A DNA stretch of 64,000 nucleotides from positions 640,001 through 704,000 of the forward strand of contig CP068257.2 of the NCBI GenBank assembly GCA_009914755.4, read 5' to 3'. Under the pieces are notes generated by a model. The model was given only the letters and a program-made list of their open reading frames with translations. It had not been told where the DNA came from and searched no databases. This document shows, in pieces, positions 56,961-64,000 of this stretch. The first letter of the stretch is position 1, and each line of letters begins with the position of its first letter. The translations under genes were made by a program, and so were the position numbers. The stretch is from the human T2T-CHM13v2.0 reference genome, Homo sapiens.

Positions 56961-58862
56961 TGACATATCTCTGCAGTAATCATCCAAGTGATGTAACCCT
57001 TGTCTAGGATCTGCCTAAATTAACTTTGTGACATAACCCTGTACTGATCATCCAGGTGATGGGGCTTTTGTCTAGGCTCTGCCTAAGGGGGCATTGTGAC
57101 ATATTTCGGCATTGATCACCCAGGTGGCGAACTCTTCTCTTGGATCTGCCTATGGGGGCATTGTGACAAATCTCTGCACTGATCACCCAGGTGATGTAAC
57201 TGTTGTGTAACCTCTGCCTACAGGGCAATGGTGAGAGATCTCGCCACTGATCACCCAAGTGATGTAACCATTGTCTAGGCTTTGCGTACAGGGGGCTTTG
57301 TGACATACCTTTGCACTGATCACCCAGGTGATGTAACACATCTAAGTTCGGCCTAAAGGAGCTTTGTGACATATCTCTGCACTGATCACTTAGGTGATGG
57401 AACACTTTTATAAGCACTGCCTACAGGGAATTTTGACAAATCTCTGCATTGATCACCTAGGTGATGTACTTGTCTACCCTCTGCCCAACGGGGCATTGTG
57501 AAATATCTCTGCACTGATCACCCAGGTGATTCAACTCTTGACTAGGATCTGCCTACAGAGGTTATTGTGAAATATCTCTGCACTGATAAACTAGGTGGTT
57601 TAATCATTACCGAAGCTCTGCCTACAGGGGAGTTTTCACATATCCCTGAAGTGATGACAAAGGTGATGTAACTCTTGCCTAGGCTTTGCCTACAGGGGAC
57701 ATAGGACATATATCTGCACTGATCACCCAGGTGATGCAACTCTAGCCTAGGCTTTGCCTACAGGGGACATTGTGACATATCGCTTCAATGATCACCCATG
57801 TGATGCAACTCTTGCCTAGGCTTTGCCTACAGGGGACATTGTGACATATCTCAGCACTGATGTCCCAGGTGCTGTAACATTAGTCTAGACTCTGGCTACA
57901 CGGAATTGTGACATATCACTGCACTGATCAACCAGGTGATATAACTCTTGTCTAGGCTCTGCCTACAGGGGGCTTGTGACATATCCCTGCAATGATCACC
58001 CAGGTGATCTAACTCTTGTTTAAGCTTTGCCTAAAGGGTCATTGTGACAGATCTCTGCACTGATCACTCAGGTGATGTAACTATTGTCTAGGCTCTGCTT
58101 AAAGGGGCCTTGTCACATACCTCTGCACTGATCACCCAGGTGATGTAACTCTTGTCTAGCCTCTGCTTTCACGGCATATTGTGACATATCAATGCGCTGA
58201 TCACCTTAGTGATGTAACACTTGTGTAGGCTCGGTCTACAGGGGAATATTGACATATCTCTGCACTGTTAACCGAGGTGATTTAAATCTTGTCTAGGCTG
58301 TGCCCACAGGGGGATTGAGACATGTCTCTGCACTGATCCCGAGGTGATCCAACTGTTTCCTGGTCTCTGCCTACTGGGGACATTGTGACATATCTCTGCA
58401 CTGATCTCCCAGGTGCTGTAAATTTAGTCTAGGCTCTGGCTACACGGCATTGTGACATATCACTGCACTGAACACCCAGGTGATATAAATCTTTTCTAGG
58501 CTCTGCCTACAATGGCCTTGTGACATATCTCTGCACTGATCACCCAGGTGATATAACTCTTCTCTAGGATCTGACCACAGGGTGCTTTGTGGCATTTCCC
58601 TGCAATGATCACCCAGGTGATATACCACTTGCCAAGGCTCTGCCTACAGGGGCATTGCAATGTATCTCTGCACTGATCACCTCGGTCTTGTAACTCTTTT
58701 CTAGGATCTGCCCACAGGGTGCCTTGTGACGTATCCCAGCAAGGATTACCCAGGTGATGTACCTCTCATCAAGGCTCTGCCTACAGGCACATTGCGATGT
58801 ATCTCTGCACTGATCACCTAGGTCATGTAACTTTCGTCTAGGCTCTGCCTACGATGGCATTG
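56961..58862. repeat. HOR copy 30: D1 variant with a 3-bp deletion, 1902 bp.
   Basis: The 3-bp deletion is at about 57470 and the D1 junction at about 57976-57984. The variant cagggcaatggtgag is related to cagggcaattgtgag in copies 23 and 25. Confidence 0.88.
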
Positions 58863-60836
58863 TGACATATCTCTGCACTAATCATCCAAGTGATGTAACA
58901 CTTGTCTAGGATCTGCCTAAATTAACTTTGTGACATAACCCTGTACTGATCATCCAGGTGATGGGGCTTTTGTCTAGGCTCTGCCTAAGGGGGCATTGTG
59001 ACATATTTCTGCATTGATCACCCAGGTGGCGAACTCTTCTCTTGGATCTGCCTATGGGGGCATTGTGACAAATCTCTGCACTCATCACCCAGGTGATGTA
59101 ACTGTTGTGTAACCTCTGCCTACAGGGGAATTGTGAGAGATCTCGCCACTGATCACCCAAGTGATGTAACCATTGTCTAGGGTTTGCGTACAGGGTGCTT
59201 TGTGACATACCTTTGCACTGATCACCCAGGTGATGTAACACATCTAAGTTCGGCCTAAAGGAGCTTTGTGACATATCTCTGCACTGATCACTTAGGTGAT
59301 GGAACACTTTTATAAGCACTGCCTACAGGGAATTTTGACAAATCTCTGCACTGATCACCTAGGTGATGTAACGCTTGTCTACCCTCTGTCCAACGGGGCA
59401 TTGTGAAATATCTCTGCACTGATCACCCAGGTGATTCAACTCTTGACTAGGATCTGCCTACAGAGGTTATTGTGAAATATCTCTGCACTGATAAACTAGG
59501 TGGTGTAATCCTTATCGAAGCTCTGCCTACAGGGGCGTTTTCACATATCCCTGAAGTGATGACAAAGGTGATGTAACCCTTGCCTAGGCTTTGCCTACAG
59601 GGGACATAGGACATATATCTGCACTGATCACCCAGGTGATGCAACTCTAGCCTAGGCTTTGCCTACAGGGGACATTGTGACATATCGCTTCAATGATCAC
59701 CCATGTGATGCAAATCTTGCCTAGCCTTTGCCTACAGGGGACATTGTGACATATCTCTGCACTGATCTCCCAGGTGCTGTAACATTAGCCTAGACTCTGG
59801 CTACACGGCATTGTGACATATCACTGCACTGATCAACCAGGTGATATAACTCTTGTCTAGGCCCTGCCTACAGGGGGCTTGTGACATATCTCTGCACTGA
59901 TCACCCAGGTGATATAACTCTTCTCTAGGATCTGCCTACAGGGTGCTTTGTGACATCTCCCTGCAATGATCACCCAGGTGATCTAACTCTTGTTTAAGCT
60001 CTGCCTAAAGGGGCATTGTGACAGACCTCTGCACTGATCACTCAGGTGATGTAACTATTGTCTAGGCTCTGCTTAAAGGGGCCTTGTCACATACCTCTGC
60101 ACTGATCACCCAGGTGATGTAACTCTTGTCTAGTCTCCTCTTTCACGGCATATTGTGACATATCCATGCGCTGATCACCTTAGTGATGTAACACTTGTGT
60201 AGGCTCGGCCTACAGGGGAATATTGACATATCTCTGCACTGTTAACCGAGGTGATTTAAATCTTGTCTAGGCTGTGCCCACAGGGGGATTGAGACATGTC
60301 TCTGCACTGATCCCGAGGTGATCCAACTGTTGCCTGGTCTCTGCCTACTGGGGACATTGTGACATATCTCTGCACTGATCTCCCAGGTGCTGTAACTTTA
60401 GTCTAGGCTCTGGCTACACGGCATTGTGACATATCACTGCACTGATCACCCAGGAGAGATAAATCTTGTCTAGGCTCTGCCTACAATGGCCTTGTGACAT
60501 ATCTCTGCACTGATCACCCAGGTGATATAACTCTTCTCTAGGATCTGACCACAGGGTGCTTTGTGGCATTTCCCTGCAATGATCACCCAGGTGATATACC
60601 ACTTGCCAAGGCTCTGCCTACAGGGGCATTGCAATGTATCTCTGCACTGATCACCTCGGTCTTGTAACTCTTTTCTAGGATCTGCCCACAGGGTGCCTTG
60701 TGACGTATCCCAGCAGGGATTACCCAGGTGATGTACCTCTCATCAAGGCTCTGCCTACAGGCACATTGCGATGTATCTCTGCACTGATCACCTAGGTCAT
60801 GTAACTTTTGTCTAGGCTCTGCCTACGATGGCATTG
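58863..60836. repeat. HOR copy 31: canonical length, 1974 bp.
   Basis: Anchor spacing is 1974. The variant cacccaggagagataaatc is shared with copies 16 and 26. Confidence 0.9.
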
Positions 60837-62741
60837 TGACATATCTCTGCACTAATCATCCAAGTGATGTAACCCTTGTCTAGGATCTGCCTAAATTAAC
60901 TTTGTGACATAACCCTGTACTGATCATCCAGGTGATGGGGCTTTTGTCTAGGCTCTGCCTAAGGGGGCATTGTGACATATTTCTGCATTGATCACCCAGG
61001 TGGCGAACTCTTCTCTTGGATCTGCCTATGGGGGCATTGTGACAAATCTCTGCACTGATCACCCAGGTGATGTAACTGTTGTGTAACCTCTGCCTACAGG
61101 GGAATTGTGAGAGATCTCGCCACTGATCACCCAAGTGATGTAACCATTGTCTAGGCTTTGCGTACAGGGGGCTTTGTGACATACCTTTGCACTGATCACC
61201 CAGGTGATGTAACACATCTAAGTTCGGCCTAAAGGAGCTTTGTGACATATCTCTGCACTGATCACTTAGGTGATGGAACACTTTTATAAGCACTGCCTAC
61301 AGGGAATTTTGACAAATCTCTGCACTGATCACCTAGGTGATGTAACGCTTGTCTACCCTCTGTCCAACGGGGCATTGTGAAATATCTCTGCACTGATCAC
61401 CCAGGTGATTCAACTCTTGACTAGTATCTGCCTACAGAGGTTATTGTGAAATATCTCTGCACTGATAAACTAGGTGGTGTAATCCTTATCGAAGCTCTGC
61501 CTACAGGGGCGTTTTCACATATCCCTGAAGTGATGACAAAGGTGATGTAACTCTTGCCTAGGCTTTGCCTACAGGGGACATAGGACATATATCTGCACTG
61601 ATCACCCAGGTGATGCAACTGTAGCCTAGGCTTTGCCTACAGGGGACATTGTGACATATCGCTTCAATGATCACCCATGTGATGCAACTCTTGCCTAGGC
61701 TTTGCCTACAGGGGACATTGTGACATATCTCAGAAGTGATGTCCCAGGTGCTGTAACATTAGTCTAGACTCTGGCTACACGGCATTGTGACATATCACTG
61801 CACTGATCAACCAGGTGATATAACTCTTGTCTAGGCTCTGCCTACAGGGGGCTTGTGACATATCCCTGCAATGATCACCCAGGTGATCTAACTCTTGTTT
61901 AAGCTCTGCCTAAAGGGGCATTGTGACAGATCTCTGCACTGATCACTCAGGTGATGTAACTATTGTCTAGGCTCTGCTTAAAGGGGCCTTGTCACATACC
62001 TCTGCACTGATCACCCAGGTGACGTAACTCTTGTCTAGCCTCTGCTTTCACGGCATATTGTGACATATCCATGCGCTGATCACCTTGGTGATGTAACACA
62101 TGTGTAGGCTCGGCCTACAGGAGAATATTGACATATCTCTGCACTGTTAACCGAGGTGATTTAACTCCTGTCTAGGCTGTGCCCACAGGGGGATTGAGAC
62201 ATGTCTCTGCACTGATCCCGAGGTGATCCTACTGTTGCCTCGTCTCTGCCTACTGGGGACATTGTGACATATCTCTGCACTGATCTCCCAGGTGCTGTAA
62301 CTTTAGTCTAGGCTCTGGCTACACGGCATTGTGACATATCACTGCACTGATCACCCAGGTGATATAAATCTTGTCTAGGCTCTGCCTACAATGGCCTTGT
62401 GACATATCTCTGCACTGATCACCCAGGTGATATAACTCTTCTCTAGGATCTGACCACAGGGTGCTTTGTGGCATTTCCCTGCAATGATCACCCTGGTGAT
62501 ATACCACTTGCCAAGGCTCTGCCTACAGGGGCATTGCAATGTATCTCTGCACTGATCACCTCGGTCTTGTAACTCTTTTCTAGGATCTGCCCACAGGGTA
62601 CCTTGTGACGTATCCCAGCAAGGATTACCCAGGTGATGTACCTCTCATCAAGGCTCTGCCTACAGGCACATTGCGATGTATCTCTGCACTGATCACCTAG
62701 GTCATGTAACTTTTGTCTAGGCTCTGCCTACGATGGCATTG
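60837..62741. repeat. HOR copy 32: D1 variant, 1905 bp.
   Basis: The D1 junction is at about 61855-61863. The linked variants ggctctgcc and atctcagaagtgatgtccc are present. Confidence 0.88.
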
Positions 62742-64000
62742 TGACATATCTCTGCAGTAATCATCCAAGTGATGTAACCCTTGTCTAGGATCTGCCTAAA
62801 TTAACTTTGTGACATAACCCTGTACTGATCATCCAGGTGATGGGGCTTTTGTCTAGGCTCTGCCTAAGGGGGCATTGTGACATATTTCGGCATTGATCAC
62901 CCAGGTGGTGAACTCTTCTCTTGGATCTGCCTATGGGGGCATTGTGACAAATCTCTGCACTGATCACCCAGGTGATGTAACTGTTGTGTAACCTCTGCCT
63001 ACAGGGGAATTGTGAGAGATCTCGCCACTGATCACCCAAGTGATGTAACCATTGTCTAGGCTTTGCATACAGGGGGCTTTGTGACATACCTTTGCACTGA
63101 TCACCCAGGTGATGTAACACATCTAAGTTCGGCCTAAAGGAGCTTTGTGACATATCTCTGCACTGATCACTTAGGTGATGGAACACTTTTATAAGCACTG
63201 CCTACAGGGAATTTTGACAAATCTCTGCACTGATCACCTAGGTGATGTAACGCTTGTCTACCCTCTGTCCAACGGGGCATTGTGAAATATCTCTGCACTG
63301 ATCACCCAGGTGATTCAACTCTTGACTAGGATCTGCCTACAGAGGTTATTGTGAAATATCTCTGCACTGATAAACTAGGTGGTGTAATCCTTATCGAAGC
63401 TCTGCCTTCAGGGGCGTTTTCACATATCCCTGAAGTGATGACAAAGGTGATGTAACTCTTGCCTAGGCTTTGCCTACAGGGGACATAGGACATATATCTG
63501 CACTGATCACCCAGGTGATGCAACTCTAGCCTAGGCTTTGCCTACAGGGGACATTGTGACATATCGCTTCAATGATCACCCATGTGATGCAACTCTTGCC
63601 TAGCCTTTGCCTACAGGGGACATTGTGACATATCTCTGCACTGATCTCCCAGGTGCTGTAACATTAGCCTAGACTCTGGCTACACGGCATTGTGACATAT
63701 CACTGCACTGATCAACCAGGTGATATAACTCTTGTCTAGGCCCTGCCTACAGGGGGCTTGTGACATATCTCTGCACTGATCACCCAGGTGATATAACTCT
63801 TCTCTAGGATCTGCCTACAGGGTGCTTTGCGACATATCCCTGCAATGATCACCCAGGTGATCTAACTCTTGTTTAAGCTCTGCCTAAAGGGGCATTGTGA
63901 CAGACCTCTGCACTGATCACTCAGGTGATGTAACTATTGTCTAGGCTCTGCTTAAAGGGGCCTTGTCACATACCTCTGCACTGATCACCCAGGTGATGTA
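62742..64000. repeat. HOR copy 33: partial, cut off by the end of the window.
   Basis: It starts at the boundary monomer (tgacatatctctgcagtaatcatccaagtg). Only the first 1259 bp are present. Confidence 0.85.

Larger units (their letters stand above)
1..64000. repeat. Uninterrupted tandem satellite array with a 68-bp monomer organised as a 29-monomer, 1974-bp higher-order repeat. Probably beta satellite (BSR, Sau3A family); that identity is tentative.
   Basis: The motif ctgcactgatcacccaggtgatgtaac...ctgcctacaggggcattgtgacatatct recurs every 66-69 bp across the whole window. The ORF-track anchors recur with exact 1974-bp spacing (end coordinates 457, 2431, 4405 and so on), so the HOR copies are near-identical. 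No segment is off-period, so nothing has been inserted. The probability given is for the call as satellite DNA. The beta-satellite identity is about 0.55. Confidence 0.97.

Noticed and set aside
44-63523. Dozens of minus-strand ORFs of 60-150 aa from the six-frame track, for example 44..457 at 137 aa and its copies every 1974 bp.
   Set aside because: The peptides themselves have an internal period of about 22-23 aa, which is 68 bp: HHLGDQCRDMSQ, HHLGDQCKGMSQ and HHLGDQWRDLSQ recur. So they are translations of the tandem repeat read through shifting frames. They recur at exact HOR spacing with artifact-type variation (frameshifts from 1-bp indels simply create or destroy ORFs). There is no start context, codon bias or domain-like sequence. 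They are not genes.
1-64000. Possibility of a CRISPR array, given the very regular short direct repeats.
   Set aside because: The 68-bp units are contiguous, with no unique spacers in between. The units themselves vary, and they are organised as a 1974-bp higher-order repeat. There is no leader and no cas context. This is satellite DNA.
1-64000. Prokaryotic, phage or mobile-element-encoded novel system.
   Set aside because: There is no unique sequence at all in the window, so no coding capacity, promoters, terminators, integrase or terminal inverted repeats. The composition and architecture are those of a eukaryotic satellite.
1-64000. Telomeric (TTAGGG)n, rDNA, tRNA or other structured RNA genes.
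   Set aside because: There are no TTAGGG runs. No stretch departs from the 68-bp satellite periodicity enough to host an RNA gene.

Overview
The whole 64-kb window is one uninterrupted, head-to-tail array of tandem satellite DNA. I see no supportable protein-coding gene, RNA gene, transposon insertion or CRISPR array, and no break or inversion in the array.

The basic monomer is about 68 bp (range 66-69) and about 45% GC. Nearly every monomer carries a TGATCA site (BclI, containing the Sau3AI site GATC) fused to an imperfect dyad, ATCACC-CA-GGTGAT, which also contains a CAGGTG E-box. Twenty-nine diverged monomers (about 70-90% identical to each other) make up a 1974-bp higher-order repeat (HOR). 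That HOR is repeated about 32.4 times in one orientation. Identity between HOR copies is about 98-99.5%.

Monomer length, the GATC periodicity and the sequence (reverse complement close to ...CCTGGGTGATCAGTGCAGAGATATGTCACAATGCCCC...) fit, from memory, the primate or human beta satellite, the Sau3A 68-bp family (BSR). I could not align it, so that identification is tentative. This is a eukaryotic, probably pericentromeric or acrocentric-short-arm, region and not a microbial locus.

Finer structure I can support:
- An ancient duplication of a 4-5 monomer block inside the HOR, at a 613-bp offset.
- A 28-monomer deletion variant (D1) present in five HOR copies, with linked SNVs that mark a single origin.
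- A second, private monomer deletion (D2) in one copy.
- Recurrent 1-bp and 3-bp indels that mark subfamilies.
- A tandemly duplicated 2-HOR (3876-bp) unit.
- A 3-HOR (5922-bp) periodicity across copies 1-10.
- Mosaic sharing of diagnostic variants between copies that are not adjacent.

Every ORF in the supplied track is on the minus strand, and all are translation artifacts of the repeat.
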